Assembly (NCBI RefSeq): GCF_009914755.1
Contig: NC_060939.1
DNA from: the human T2T-CHM13v2.0 reference genome, Homo sapiens
Reading direction: 5' to 3' (one strand)
DNA: 64,000 nucleotides
The notes beneath the pieces are model-generated. The model was not told the DNA's origin, ran no database searches, and saw nothing but the letters and a program-made list of their open reading frames with translations. The position numbers were made by a program, and so were the translations under genes. Below, one piece after another: positions 1 through 26,313 of this stretch (position 1 is the first letter of the stretch; every line of letters starts with the position of its first letter).

Positions 1-1485
1 GTGTGAGTTAGCTATCTCAGTGGCATAGAGGAATGAGCACTTAGATCATGCTCACAGTTCTGTGAGTCACTGGGACGATTTTGTTCTGTACCCTTCACTC
101 TGTTGTGATCAGGACATGCACTTCCTGTGGCTATGGCAGGGTGCGAAGGGGCAAGCAGAAGTAAGAGAGGCCTCTAGGTGTAGACTCAGAACTGGCACTC
201 TGTTCCTTACACCTCCCTCCCATTGGCCAAAGCAAGCTTGATGGCCAAGCGGCAAATCAGGGGTGAGGGAGAATAGTCTTCTCATTGAATCATACAGGAA
301 CGATAATGCACCTTAATGGGCAAATCAAAAACATTGGACTTTTTCATTTCTTGGGAGTAATATCAACTCAGTGTGATAATGTCGTGTTTACCATTATTGC
401 AGTCTCCCTGCAGTAATGTTATCACTCCTTATTTAACTATCTCTTGTCTGTCTTCCTTGTGAAGCTAGAGAGCTTAGCATAATAAACGCTTAGCACATAA
501 TATCCAGTAAATACTGTTTGAATGGATGGATAAAGTAATTGAGGGGCTAGGTGGACAGGGAGTTTAAGTTGCTTTGGTTAAAAGCCAGTGTCTCATAACT
601 TGAAGAACGGAAAAACATGGCTAGTTAGGGTCCTGACTGAATTGCAGATTAGTTTTGGAACTCCGAAGTTAAATTGTGGGACTAAAAATCCCAAGATGTG
701 CTAGAAAGCTGATCTGGCAGTTAGAACCAATCATAAACCTTGTTGCTAAAAACTATTTTTTCTCTGCTATCCACACTGTGCTTTAGTTCATCTGTCAACT
801 GAGTTTATGAGTTGGCCATTTGGAAAAACAATTGCAGTCTTGGTAAGCCTCTGCTTCCTGTCTGGCCTCGAGGATTGAGCCCTCCAGATACCATGGTCCT
901 CATGTTCTCCAAAGGCCACCGGTACCATACTGCACGCCCCAGCAGACACCTCTCTGCAAGAATTGTTACCCTCTGATAAATAATGTGAAATCTGCCTTCT
1001 CTCAGCACATCCCTGAATAGGCTAAATAAATAAATTAGCATATGCTTATGTGCACCTATTGCTAAGAAGAAAATGTATGGGTGAGAAAATTTTGAGTTTC
1101 TTTGTATAGATTATTCAAAAGGACACATTTGAGAACCTGATAAATGTATTTCCAAACTAGATTTGTATATTATGCCTAATTTTTTCTGCAGAATTTTTTT
1201 TTCTTATCAGAAAGTTTTATTAAGGCTAGAAACATTTTTTTTTAAAATATGGGATCAGAGTTTATGAAATCAGTTTAAACTTGGTTTTATAGCATGATCC
1301 TATCTTTTGCCATAATTTGAAGAAATATACAGGTTGGTGCTAAATTTAAATAATAAATATTATCAATATTAGTAATGAAGGAGCTATTTTTTCTTTAGGG
1401 GAAGAGAAATGGAGTAAAATTTTGAATTGCATGTGAGCTGTCATGAGCATTCTGTGAAAACCACATTTCATTTTTTATTGTTTAG

Positions 1486-1734
<249 letters not shown>

Positions 1735-2031
1735 TGACTTTGAAGTGACCTCAGTGTCTACCTACATGCACAGGTTCTTTGTACAAGACCACATCTTCAT
1801 TTCTCGTGAGTGTATTTGAAACTTTGAATTGTTCAAGAGTTCTAAATGTTTACAAAGTTGATGTTTGGTTATTTATATTGAGAAAAGAAGTGAGAAGATG
1901 TCATAATTAGTTAACTACTCAGTCCTGCAGTTATCATCAAAATGGAAACAGGGACCAATGCCCAAGTAATATCCAACCTTTTCTTTAAATTTTGATATGT
2001 CTGCAGGGAAGGAAATAAGAGTCCATGGTTA

Positions 2032-2328
2032 GGCTGGGCGTGGTGGCTCATGCCTGTAATCCCAGCACTTTGGGAGGCTGAGGCGGGTGGATCACCTGAG
2101 GTCAGGAGTTCGAGACCAGCCTGGCAAACATGGTGAAACCCCATCTCTACTGAAAATACAAAAATTAGCCGGGCATGGTGGCCTGGCCTATAGTCCCAGC
2201 TACTCAGGAGGATGAGGCAGGAGAATCGCTTGAACCCGGGAGGCAGAAACCTCTGCAGTGAGCCAAAATGGCACCACTGCACTCCAGCCTGGGTGACAGA
2301 GTGAGACTCCGTCTAAAAAAAAAAAAAA
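2032..2328 (+). mobile_element. AluS
   Basis: Full dimer, A-tail, TSD ccatggtta. Confidence 0.95.
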
Positions 2329-3039
2329 GCCATGGTTAAAATCAGAATTTATTAAAGGCTGGGATCTTTTGTCCATGATAGTAGACGTTCTGACTTTGAA
2401 CTTCGACATTTTGGCAGGAAGGAAAGACTGGGCTTCCCCAGCTTGAAGAGTATCCAGTTTAGTGAACTTCGGCTGGTGTAGGTTGTTTCTCTAGAAATCA
2501 CTGACAAGTCACAAGACCCTGCGGGGTAATCAGGATGATTGGCCCTGCCCTGACTCCTCTATCAGGGACACTCGTGGTAGCTCCCGGTGTTAAGTGGCGT
2601 TATGGTCACATTCCATCATTCTATCCTGGCTTCATTTTTAGACCTGATTGGACCTTATGAGGAGAGCTGCCTTGGCAGGAAACAGTACCACCCTTCTGTC
2701 TTCCCTGTGCCATCTCTGTGGCTAAACCTAATTCAGCAGTCAGAAAAACATGAAATGATAGCCTCTATGGGGTTCAGTGGACAGAGGAGAAACTGTCAGC
2801 ATCTACTGCTTGTTCCCCTAGTCCCTGATGCTTGGTCCTAAGAGGTGCTCTCACTGTTCATGACGGGTATGCTTGTAAAGGATTCATTCACCTTGGCAAG
2901 ATAATCATTAAGAAATTGTCAGAGAAATCCCGAGTCATGCAGAAACCTTTATTTAAAGGAGTAACTGAGATATTTAAAAATCTGTCATTACTAATAGTTA
3001 TAATTTATACAAGAGTCTTACAGTCTTCCAAAGATGTGA

Positions 3040-6020
<2,981 letters not shown>

Positions 6021-6992
6021 ACCTGTTGTGTATTAAAAAATACACAACAATAGTCAGTTGGAAGGGAAAAAATGGATGAAGAGTTCTAAGGTTCTGGCAT
6101 TATCCAGAAGGAAATAAAGCTAAATATTAATATTAGACTTCACAGGTTAAGCATACACGTAATTTCTAGAGTATTCAGTTAAAAAAAATAGAAGATTGTG
6201 TATAATTTCCTAATTAGTTAAAAAGCTTTCTCCAAGCTTTTTTTTTTTCTTTTTGAGAAGTCAGTCATACATAAATGGAAATTAGATAGTAGAGAGTATC
6301 CTGGATAAAAAGATATTTGAGACATTGCAGCCAAATTCCTTGATTGAATTTTAACAGTAACCATATTTAAAAGACATTTTGGGAATTAAAGAAGAAAGAG
6401 TTTAACAAGAGAAGAAAAAGGCAAATTGTAGAGTGTAAATGAAGATAATTGTAATATGTTTAACCAATAAAAGATTTACATCTGAAATATATAAAGAATT
6501 ACCTTAAATCAATTAGAGAAAACAGGATAAACTTTAACAGCTACTTCCCTAAAAGATTTCATAGGGTTAATAAACAAATGAAAATGGGAAATGCAAATTG
6601 AAGGCATAACAGAATCATCCCATACTCCTAACAAAGATCAGCAGGGAGAATGGAGCAAAGGGAGCTCTCATACGCTGCTAAATGAAAATTGGCATAACTT
6701 TTGGAAAAAGCAGTAGCCAAGAGGGATCCTTTTGTGAGATCATGCCTCTGCCCTGTGTAGGATTCCTCAGTAGCTTTTCAATTTAGATAATTCCTTAGTG
6801 GGACTTAATTTCCCAGTGTTCTAAAATTTCTTATCTGACAGCCCATATCTAATGCCATGACACATAGTAGGATACCTTCTTTCATCACCAGCACTTTATT
6901 CTTTTCCCTCACTGTTTTTCTTCATAACACTTTTAACCTCTTGGCACATGTGCTTGGTTTGTCTGTCTTCCCTCACTAAAAGTTTTATGAGA

Positions 6993-10164
<3,172 letters not shown>

Positions 10165-10437
10165 GGATATAGGTTCTTAATTAGGATATAAATGTATACA
10201 AATTTGTTCTTTATTATAAATTTCATACTGACTTCTTGCAGTGGAAAGATGGTAAGTATACAGGTGTAGTGTATGATGAAGCAGATGATTCCCTAGAAAT
10301 GTTTACATTTTATGATGAAATGTATACTTTTTTTCCTTGGCGAAAGCCAGAATCTTCATAAGTTCACAGTGTTTTAGTTTGATTTCAGTGATTTAAATTA
10401 CGAGTTTTATTGATATTTGAAAAAGGAAAGTAGCTGA

Positions 10438-10674
<237 letters not shown>

Positions 10675-11592
10675 TAACTTAGTTTTTACTTTAATCGAAA
10701 TTTGATGAGCACATAAGGAAAGAAATTGTTCCACCTGGTAGAAGAACAAATTGTCGTCATGTTCCCTGCTCCCTCCTATCAATCCCAAGCCTGTGTTTCT
10801 ACTGTTCTTTAACTCTGTGTTTGTAAGTAGTGTGCGTATATTGCTACTACTTACTTCCTTAGCTTTAGGCATTATCTGTTTTACCTTTTATTTACTGTAC
10901 CTATATAGTTTTCTTGAGATTGTTTACATTATCATTGATACATAACTTTTATTGTCATCTTAGTCTTTATTATGGTTGTTGTTCCTTCCCTGTATAATTT
11001 GTTTTTCCAGAAGTAATAATTATCTTGTTTGTGTAGTTTTTTATGAATCGATCAATGTATCATGAAACTCTTCCCCAGTTGACTAATTCTACTCTCAGTA
11101 ATTTCAAACAAAGAGGTATTCTTTGTTTCATCTCTTTTGGAAATTTCTCTCAGTGCCTTCTGTGTGGCCTCAATCTAGGCGGGTGTCTCCAGGCTGCCAG
11201 CACAGCTGTTATCTGCATTTCTCTTCAGCAGCATCCTGGGGATTCCCTTCAGTTTGCTTTTTCTTGGATCCCTTATTTCCAGAATCCTGGGTTTGTGCCT
11301 TCATTTTGGTGGTGTCACTCTAGAGGAGACAAGAAAGGGCATGAAGAGATGAGATTTTTTGAGACCTTGTTTATCTCAAAATGTTTTTAACCTATTGTGA
11401 CCACCGTCTTCTCATTTCTGATGTTGCTGTTGAGAAATTGAACAGTTTATCCCTTATCTTTTATATGCGACCAATTTTTTGTTTTTGGAAGCATGTAGGA
11501 TGTTCTCTTTCCCCACAGTGTCTGAAATTTCCCACTGACATGCCTAGAGATGGGTCCATTTTTGTCCATTGTGCTGGGTGCCTGATGGTTCA

Positions 11593-15011
<3,419 letters not shown>

Positions 15012-15056
15012 TCTTGTTCTTAATTTTGTGTATTTGTGTCTTTAATAATCTATTAC

Positions 15057-15511
<455 letters not shown>

Positions 15512-15850
15512 CTACACAGTTGTTGGCTATTATCATGCTGGATTTAATTCTCCGTATTCAACCAGAACCCCAGTAGTATCTTTCAAGTTCTCCAGTTGAC
15601 TTGCTCGTTACTCCAGCAGTTGTCCACAAATTTTAAAAGTTTCCCCTTTTAGGGAAAACTTGATGAAGAACTCTTGTTTTTGTGTTTTTTGTTTTTTTTA
15701 GCATCTATAAATTGTTGAACATTCAAGGCCACCTCATGGTTTCTCCTCCCTAGTTTCTGTGTCTGTTCTGTTCCCACTGTCCCTCTTGCCTGGTGAGCTA
15801 GAGCACTTAAGTTGGCATAAAGTGCTGCTGCAAAAATGTTAGGGGTATAA

Positions 15851-16699
<849 letters not shown>

Positions 16700-16916
16700 G
16701 AAAGGTGTAATTAAAGGTTAATCTGTGATTGTTATGAAGTGAATTTGAATATCATCAGAATGTGTCTGAAAAAACATTGTCCTCAAATAATGTTCTTTAA
16801 AGGCAATCTTTTTAAAGATTTCACTAATTTGGACCAAGAAATTACTTTTCTTGTATTTAAACAAACAATGGTAGCTCACTAAAATGACCTCAGCACATGA
16901 CGATTTCTATTAACAT

Positions 16917-16922
16917 TTTATT
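16917..16922 (-). terminator. AATAAA on the - strand, candidate distal CYFIP1 poly(A) signal inside the NIPA2 3' UTR
   Basis: tttatt at 16917; further copies at 17002, 17083, 17175 and 17384. Confidence 0.45.
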
Positions 16923-18210
16923 GTTGTAGAAGTATTTTACATTTTCATCCCTTCTCCAAAAGCCGAATGCACTAATGACAGTTTTAAGTCTATGAAAATG
17001 CTTTATTTTTTCATTGGTGATGAAAGTCTGAAATGTGCATTTGTCATCCCCACTCCATCAATCCCTGACCATGTAAGGCTTTTTTATTTTAAAAAAACAG
17101 AGTTATCCCAATACATTATCCTGTGATTTACCTTACCTACAAAAGTGGCTCCTGTTTGTTTGATGATGATTGGTTTTATTTTTGAAATATTTATTAAGGG
17201 AAAACTAAGTTACTGAATGAAGGAACCTCTTTCTTACAAAACAAAAAAAAGGGCAGAAATCACCCCAAGGAACGATTTCTCAGGTTGAGATGATCACCGT
17301 GAATCCGGCTTCCTCTGAGCATTCGATGGCCTTAGCACCTCATCAAGCCAGCACATCCTGCCTGCTGTTGCAGCCTGGCTGGGTTTATTCTTCAGTTACC
17401 CTAATCCCATGATGCCTGGAACCTTGATTACCGTTTTACATCAGCTCTTGTACTTTTCAGTATATTTTCATAATGAGTTATATTGTCATTTAGACTTTGA
17501 ACAGCTCTGGGAAATAGAAGACTAGGGTTGTTTCTTAAATTTAGCTCATGTTATAATAAAAAGTTGAAATGAAGTTCTTATTCTAAAAGTCTGAATGCTT
17601 AGAACAAACTTAACATGTTTATAGAATATGGTCTCTTTGTACCAAGTACTTTGCTTAAGAGCTCCTTTGGGCCACTACATATTTTGGTTTCTAGAAAATG
17701 TTTGTTTATGAAGAAGTCGATGGAAAACTGCAAACATATGCAGAAAAGGTAGAATAATAAAAAAGGTCTAATGAACTCCATTCAGCTTTGAACCTATCCA
17801 CTCATAACCATTGACTGGCCTTTAAAAAAAAGTATTGGCAGAATTAATTTCCACCTAGGTGATGGGAAGAAAGTGTTCGCCTGTTCCAGCCTGTGGCTCC
17901 TGCCTGGAGGTTACCCAGTGGTGCGCCAGCGCCAAGCCATCACTCCCCGAGGGCCTCCCCTGCCAATGGTGCTGGTATCCCATGCAGCTCACCACTGGCT
18001 GCGTGGAAACTCCCTTTTTTCCAACTTTATTATTGGCCTTCTAAGGAGCTGTTTTAGATGTTTTTTCTAACTGCCTCCTCCCATGCCATTTTAATACTAC
18101 AGATGTACTACGTATCTGTTTATATACTGTACCTACATCTGTGCTTTGTACATAAAAGAACCAGTTTTCTCCCCCTTGAGGACAGAGACTCATTTGAACA
18201 TGCATAGGTT

Positions 18211-18223
18211 AATAAATAATAAA
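18211..18223 (+). terminator. Tandem AATAAA poly(A) signals, likely the distal NIPA2 site
   Basis: aataaataataaa preceded by UGUA motifs and followed by U/GU-rich sequence. Confidence 0.65.
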
Positions 18224-19326
18224 TTCTTATTTAACATTTTGTAGCACTTGAGATTGTCTTATACCTAAGGTATTACATATTTGGTATATAATTAAGCCTT
18301 ATAAAACTTGGTAATTGATTAAGTTTTACCATAATTTTTCATCCTATTCTGTAGTTTCTAAGATAAGCACAGCTACCACCTCTAAATCTGCAGCAGAATG
18401 CTGGCCCCAGGGTTATTAATTCACATTACCAAAAGCATTTTTAGGGAACTTTTTATAAAGAAAGAATAATTGTTTGTTAGGCTTCATGTCACTTGAGTGA
18501 GTTTGGCAGTGTAACAGGATGGTTCGTACACTTACTACTTTTCTGTGCCGTGCATCATATGCTTCTGGACAGTTTCCAAAGGCCTCCGGAAAAGTAGGCG
18601 AGGCCTGCTTTTTATGGCAACTTGGCATCCATAGAAAATTTTAAAATTGGTGAAGGTTGCAATACTCCAAATAATGTAAAATGACTGCCAGGCTACAATA
18701 TAAAGTGAGTTCAGTTAATCATGCTGGACTTGTGTTTATCTGTAGTATTCATCTACAATAAACAGGCATAGCATCTTTTTCCATTCAGTTAGGATTTTCA
18801 GAACCTCATTGCCTTAGTACTTTTTAAAATATGGCTTTAGTTTCTCAAACATGTTCGTGACTCTACTGGTAGTCTAGACCGATTGTTTTTCATTCTGACA
18901 GATCATGTGAACCAGCTCCAGCCATGTGAGCCCTGTGGATCGGGGACAGCTGAAGGCTGGACTCGGTGCTCCCGGTCCCTTTGTGCAGCACCCACTGGGC
19001 CTGACTGATCTCCTCCCACATTGCTGGCTTCCTCCAGGTCATGGGCACAGGTAACAGAGAGGCACTGAGTAGCCTCTTCATATCCAGATTGGAGCAGCCA
19101 ACACGGCCGTTTTACACCTCATTTGCCTGCGGAACCCTAAATATAAAGCTAAACCTGTGCTGAGGTGAGCGGTATATGGGATGGTGTCACGGTCCCATCC
19201 CACCTCAGCCTTAGAGGTGACCTCCATCCCAGCTGGCCTGGTATGTGAGTTCAGGTTAGAGTTCCTTGCCAAGCCAGGCAGCACAGGGTTAGAGTAAATA
19301 AATGAACACAAATAGATCTCATTAGT

Positions 19327-19332
19327 TTTATT
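19327..19332 (-). terminator. AATAAA, likely the proximal CYFIP1 poly(A) signal
   Basis: tttatt on the + strand, about 545 nt after the CYFIP1 stop. Confidence 0.65.
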
Positions 19333-19875
19333 TCTATAACCTTTCGATCTGATGTCACGTTAGATTTTGTCACAACTGGATTTAGTGGAAGCAGGGGAAT
19401 CAAGTTCACTATTTTCTGAAACACACAAAAAAGGGATGGGAACAATGACTTAGAACTAAGATTGCTCATAAAAGACCATCAGAAAGATCCCTAAACAAAA
19501 GCTAAATAGTTACAGTTAATGGTAACTGGCAAGGGATTTAATGCATTTGCTGGTATTAAGTTTCTTATGGAATGAATGAATGAACCCAGCAGCATTTTAT
19601 GACACAGCTGCCAGAACATCCCATAGAAAAACAATTTTGTAGGAACGTGATGGCAACAATCAGCAGCCAATATTCTCAAGAGTTCCTAATTACCAAAAGC
19701 ATATACAATTTTAGTCTAGAAAAATAAGTCAATTTTATAAAATTAAGTTTTTAGATCGAAAAGCACCCCCTTTAACAGGTACAGAGATACTGAAAAATAG
19801 TCCCTAAAAATCTCACTAAATAGTTTACGGAGAGAAAGGCATGCCATGTTGAGTTACGGAGTGCAGCGCGTGCCC

Positions 19876-20040
<165 letters not shown>

Positions 20041-20168
20041 CTACAACCATCAAAGTGAGGATGTTTTACTATTAACACTTCAACATTTATTCTTCATGTT
20101 TCAAAATGTCAGGATTCTTATATTTTCTCAGAAAAATAATAGCAAACGGAATTGACACACATACTGTT

Positions 20169-20462
20169 CTTTTTGGGTTTTTTTTTTGTAAGATAGGGTC
20201 TCACTCTGACGCCCAGGCTGGAGTGCAGTGGCATGATCACGGCTCACTGTAGCCTCAAGACATCCTCCCACCTCAGCCTCCTGAGTAGCTGGGACCACAG
20301 GCGTGTACCACCACACGCAGCTAATTTTTAAATTTAATTTTGTAAAGACAAGGTCTTATTATGCTGTCCAGGATGGTCTTGAACTCCTGAGCTCAAGCAA
20401 TCCTCCTCTGCCTCAGCCTCCCAAACTGTTGGGATTACAGGTATGAGCCAGCACTCCCAGCC
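20169..20462 (-). mobile_element. AluJ-like
   Basis: Diverged antisense Alu. Confidence 0.88.
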
Positions 20463-21319
20463 ACATACCATCTCTTTAATGCAACAGTTGGAAGGATGAA
20501 TATATTTTGAATTTAGAATCCCTCTGTTGGCTTCATGCTGCTGTAGATTCATTCATGCGCACAATTGATAGGCCTATTCCTTCCACATTGGCAATTAAGA
20601 ACCTACTGTCTGCTCAAAGCTGGGGATCTCCAGATGAAGATGATGTGGTCAGTGGAGAAAGGCCAGTCAACTAACACAAGTTTTAGACTTCCAGTTTGGA
20701 AATACTGTGACGGGATACTCTGACAGACCCTCCTGCTACCACAGGAATAAAGAACACGAATTAAGAACATACACGCAAACAAAACGCTTTGAAAAGCTGG
20801 TTCTACCTATGCAGGTGGTAAGGGGGAAGCCAGGGCCTCCTCAGGGGCAGATGCCAACAGCGGCGGTGGGGTGAGGAGCAGCCCGGGCGTAAGCAAGCGG
20901 GACCACACCGAAGACTCCCCAGTGAAGCCAGGACCTCCAATTCGGCTAAAGCGGCCCTGAGTTGGTAGCACCCCATAGAGATGGGCAGATACAAATGCAC
21001 ATCTTGGGGGAAAGCAATCTAAATTAACTCCAATTAAATAAAGACTCCCAAATAACCCAACACACAAGGAAACAGCAAAGTTTTAAATACCTCCAAGGCC
21101 TTCAGATACTAGAAGGAAAACACACAGAATATACAATACATGAATTGGATAAAGAAATAAGAGATGGAAAAAGTTCAGTTAAGACAATAAAACTGTCAGT
21201 TACCAAGAAGATTTGAAGAACCTAACTGAACTTTAAAAAGTGAACTAATAATATTTTCAGAGTAAAAGCTCAGCAGATTAGAGCTGAAGTAAACAAGTTA
21301 ACTAAGACACATGAATACA

Positions 21320-21857
21320 GTATCTGGACACACCTCTGGGAGCCCCGGAAATGGAGGAGTGGGAGGCAGAAGGGCCCCTGAGAGAGGCCCATGACCTGGA
21401 GCCTGTGACTGCATTGCCTCCACTCCACGGGGCCTGGGCAGGTGTGGCTAAGACTGGACTGTAGGACAGGGAGAGTATCTGGGGTTGTCCAGTGGGCTCA
21501 ATATAGTCACAGTCAGGGAATGTTCTCTGGCCGGAGGCAGGAGAGACATGGCAGAAGACTAGAGGCTGAGACTGCCCAACCCACCATTGCTGGAGGGGGC
21601 CACTTGGAAAGCATGAGAAGGAAGGGGGACCCAGTCCTACAGCTGCAAGGAATAATTGAGCCAACTGTGCATAAGCTTGAAGGCCTCCAGGGTGAACCCA
21701 GCACCTCAGACACTGGCCCCATGAGACTGAGCAGAGGACCCAGCTGGGCCTGGCTGAACTCAGGCATCTGACTTAGAGAATTGTGAGATAATCAGTGGTA
21801 TTTAAACTGCCAAGCCTGTGGTGATTTGTTGTCATGGAAGCAATAGAAAACTAATAC
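21320..21857 (+). mobile_element. MLT1-type LTR inserted in an old L1 ORF1 remnant
   Basis: Ends with the MaLR terminal motif gcaatagaaaactaataca; flanks are L1M ORF1-like. 5' boundary uncertain. Confidence 0.6.
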
Positions 21858-21862
21858 AACAG

Positions 21863-22214
<352 letters not shown>

Positions 22215-22663
22215 CTAACATATGTTTAACTGAAGTCCTGAATGGCAAGAATAGGGAGAATGGAAAGGAGGCTGAAATATTTCAAAGATAATGGCTGAGT
22301 ATTTTCCAGAATTCAACTATGAGGGATCCATAAAGCAACAAAGACAAAAGGCCTTTAAAGCAGCCAAGAAAGCACAGACTTCCAGGGGCCCGAAGACTAT
22401 AGTTGCCAATATTCTGACAATGCAGATCCTGTAAGACTGGAAGTAAATCTAAGTACCTTGAGAAGGAAAACGGAACAATGAGTATTTTCTCTGCCAGACT
22501 GCTTTACTGGCCAATTATATTTAGATTCATTTTGGGAACGAAAAGAAAGTTTCTGTTGGTGGCACCTTACGTACTAGGATGAAAAACATTGCCAGAAACA
22601 AGAACTTATAACACAAAGAAAGTATGCTTTTGCAAAAGGTCCACAGATGGTGCGAGATTTTCA

Positions 22664-22930
<267 letters not shown>

Positions 22931-23336
22931 CTACACAGTCACCTTCCACAGCCAGGAAGAGAATGCCGGGCAGCAGGTGGCTGTTCCCTGGTTTTGATAA
23001 ATAACTTTTTTGGGCTCTTCTGGTGTGCTGCTTCCTATCCCTTTTTAGATCATATCCCCTCTGTGATGAATGACTCTATGGACCTCCCACCTAGAAAAAT
23101 GCACGCCCAACGTGCATACAATTGCCGTGGGTTCAGAGACTCCCTGAATACTAGAGTCCTGAGTCAGCTCTTTGGCATCAAGTAAGAATCCCCACTACAG
23201 GAGGCTTAAAAGCCGCTCAGTGAGTTTCTGGTCCACTTCCTGAGCATGGCTGGCTGCTTGTTAGCCTAACACGCCTCCCCTCCCCCACAGCTCCTCCCCT
23301 CCTCTGGGGCTTTGTCCTGCTCTCAGCACACACTTA

Positions 23337-23624
<288 letters not shown>

Positions 23625-23646
23625 CTACTCCACATCCTCTATGTCT

Positions 23647-24024
23647 CTTTTCTCTTGAGACAGGGTCTTGCTCTGCTGCCTAGGCTGGAGTGCAGTGGCA
23701 CAATCACAGCTCGCTGCAGCCTTGACTTCCCAGGCTCAAGCGACCAGGTGCATGCCACCACACCCGGATAATTTTTGTATTTTTTGTAGAGATGGGGTTT
23801 CGCCATGTTGCCCAGGCTGGTCTCAAACTCCTGTCTTGGCCTCCCAAAGTGCTGGGATGACAGGAATGAACCCCGGTGCCCGGCCCTGGAAAAATGTTTT
23901 GGGTGGAGCGGGTCTACTGGCAGCTAGTGTGGAGGCCAGGGACGCTGCTAACCATCCTACGATGCACAGGGCGCCCCAGCCCCCACCATAGAGTTATCTG
24001 GTCCAAAATGGCTGAGAAACCCTG
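23647..24024. mobile_element. Partial antisense AluJ (23647-23886) and MER20 fragment (about 23890-24024)
   Basis: gaggccagggacgctgctaaccatcctacgatgcacagg is MER20-like. Confidence 0.75.
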
Positions 24025-24207
24025 ACTTAGCATAAGCAGCTGGATCACTGTAGAACTCTACCCTGACACCTTGCCTCCTGGCCTAATTTCTTCTGTTCTT
24101 AAACACCTATGGGAAAGCCTTCTTCATGAAGGGCTGGACAGTGAAAGTGATGTCTTCTGTGTAAGCCTTACGTGCCAGGTGATGTGCTAAGCTCTTTCCA
24201 GGTGTTA

Positions 24208-24510
<303 letters not shown>

Positions 24511-24968
24511 TTACTATATTCTGCTCCTTTGTATGAAACGGTAATTGCAAAGGTTTACATTTGTTTAAAAAACAAAAGATTTTTAAGTTAACATTATGGA
24601 TACAGATTCTCTTTGAAAATTATTTTACAGAACTGGCTCATTTAATATTTTAATTCAAACCGGCAGAACCAATTTTCTGCTCAATATTCACTTTTCATTT
24701 ATTGAATATTCCAAATGTAATCGAAAGCAGAAAATGGCACAATGAGCCTGTACCCATCATCTGCTATAATTATCAACTCATGGCCACTCTGCTTCTTATA
24801 TACCCAACTCCCCCTGCTCCCATGCTATTGATATTTGGAAGCAATTCTAAGACATCATATCATTGCAGCTCTATTTCTCAATCTTCATTTAACTAGGTTC
24901 TGTACACTCCTCATTACCCCTGGGTATGACTGAACAGGCGCCAAACCCACAATCTGCACTGGTCCTTA

Positions 24969-25118
<150 letters not shown>

Positions 25119-25239
25119 CTAGAGCAGAGAAAGAGAGGGTCAAGCTAGGAAGGGTATCTCGCCAGAGAGCAATCTGGTGCTGAAAACCAAGAACTTCTTT
25201 GCCTTTTAGCATAAAATAAACTCTGTAAGTTTATTTTAT

Positions 25240-25400
25240 CTCTGTCAAGAGATTTCTGGGATGATGGAAATGCTTCCGTCTGTCCTGTCCATTCCGGCAG
25301 CCGCCAGCCATGCATGCCTAGTAAGTACTTGGAATGTGGCTTGGCACTTGAGGAACTGAATTTTATTTTTAGTTACATTTAATTAATGTAAATATAGACA
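25240..25400. mobile_element. MER3-like hAT DNA transposon fragment
   Basis: gatgatggaaatg...gaatgtggct...gaggaactgaattt. Confidence 0.6.
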
Positions 25401-26313
25401 CAGGTAAGACCCAGTGTTGAATGTGTGCTCTGTTTTCCAGGATTTACCTGTCTAAAAGCTCTCGCCCCATCCTTCCCTGCTAATTTGCCACCAGGCTCTT
25501 AAGAACCACAGTTTATGACAAGATCCCACCACACTGACAGAAGGAAGGGGCGTCTCCTGCAAACAACACAGGAGATGGAAGGAGTAGGGGTGGCCTACCC
25601 TGGTGTCCACATCCACTCATTCCCTACAGAGCCCAAAACAAAGTTCTAGGCCATCATGCCGAACTGCTCTTGGGTCACAAGCTCCTTTACAGAGGTAATA
25701 AAAACCACACAAGGTCCGTTCTCCAGAATAACATATATATATATATATAAAGAAAATGTACCTCCAGGATCATGAGGACAGCAGAACACCCCAAATCCAC
25801 CAAGAACCCAAAGATGGTCAAAAATTGAGCAACTGCTGTTCATCTTTAGAGGTGAGGGCTCTTAGGCCACCAGGAAGGGCCTCTTCAGACCACAGTGCGC
25901 TCACCACCCCCACGGAGCAGGCAGAAGGTGATGGAGCCTTCAGTGCCTCCGACCCCACAGCCATGCTGAAATCTTAAAGTCCCATAGGAGTAAAAGAAAT
26001 GATTAAACAAAGAAACAGCTATCAGAAAATCAAGAAATACCGACAATGAGATTTTAACTTCTGAGGACCTCCCAGAGATGATGGCAAAACTAAGACCAAG
26101 AGGAAGAAAGGCAGACTTTTCCGTACTCATCAACGTCAATCCAGTGCCAGACGCCGGCCAGACACCATCTGCTCCGCTTCTCTTTCCCTGTTTCTAATGC
26201 AGCATCACACTCCATCCAGAAGCCAACAGAGGGCCAACTGTTGCCATGACAATGCACAGAAACCGTGCCTTTAAGCTAAGAGATTATCCTAGTAAATTCC
26301 ATTCTGCCTGCTT

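Larger units (their letters stand above)
16700..18240 (+). other. NIPA2: NIPA2 3' UTR (end approximate)
   Basis: AT-rich, Alu-free sequence after the stop; AATAAA at 17555, 17756, 18211 and 18218. Confidence 0.7.
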
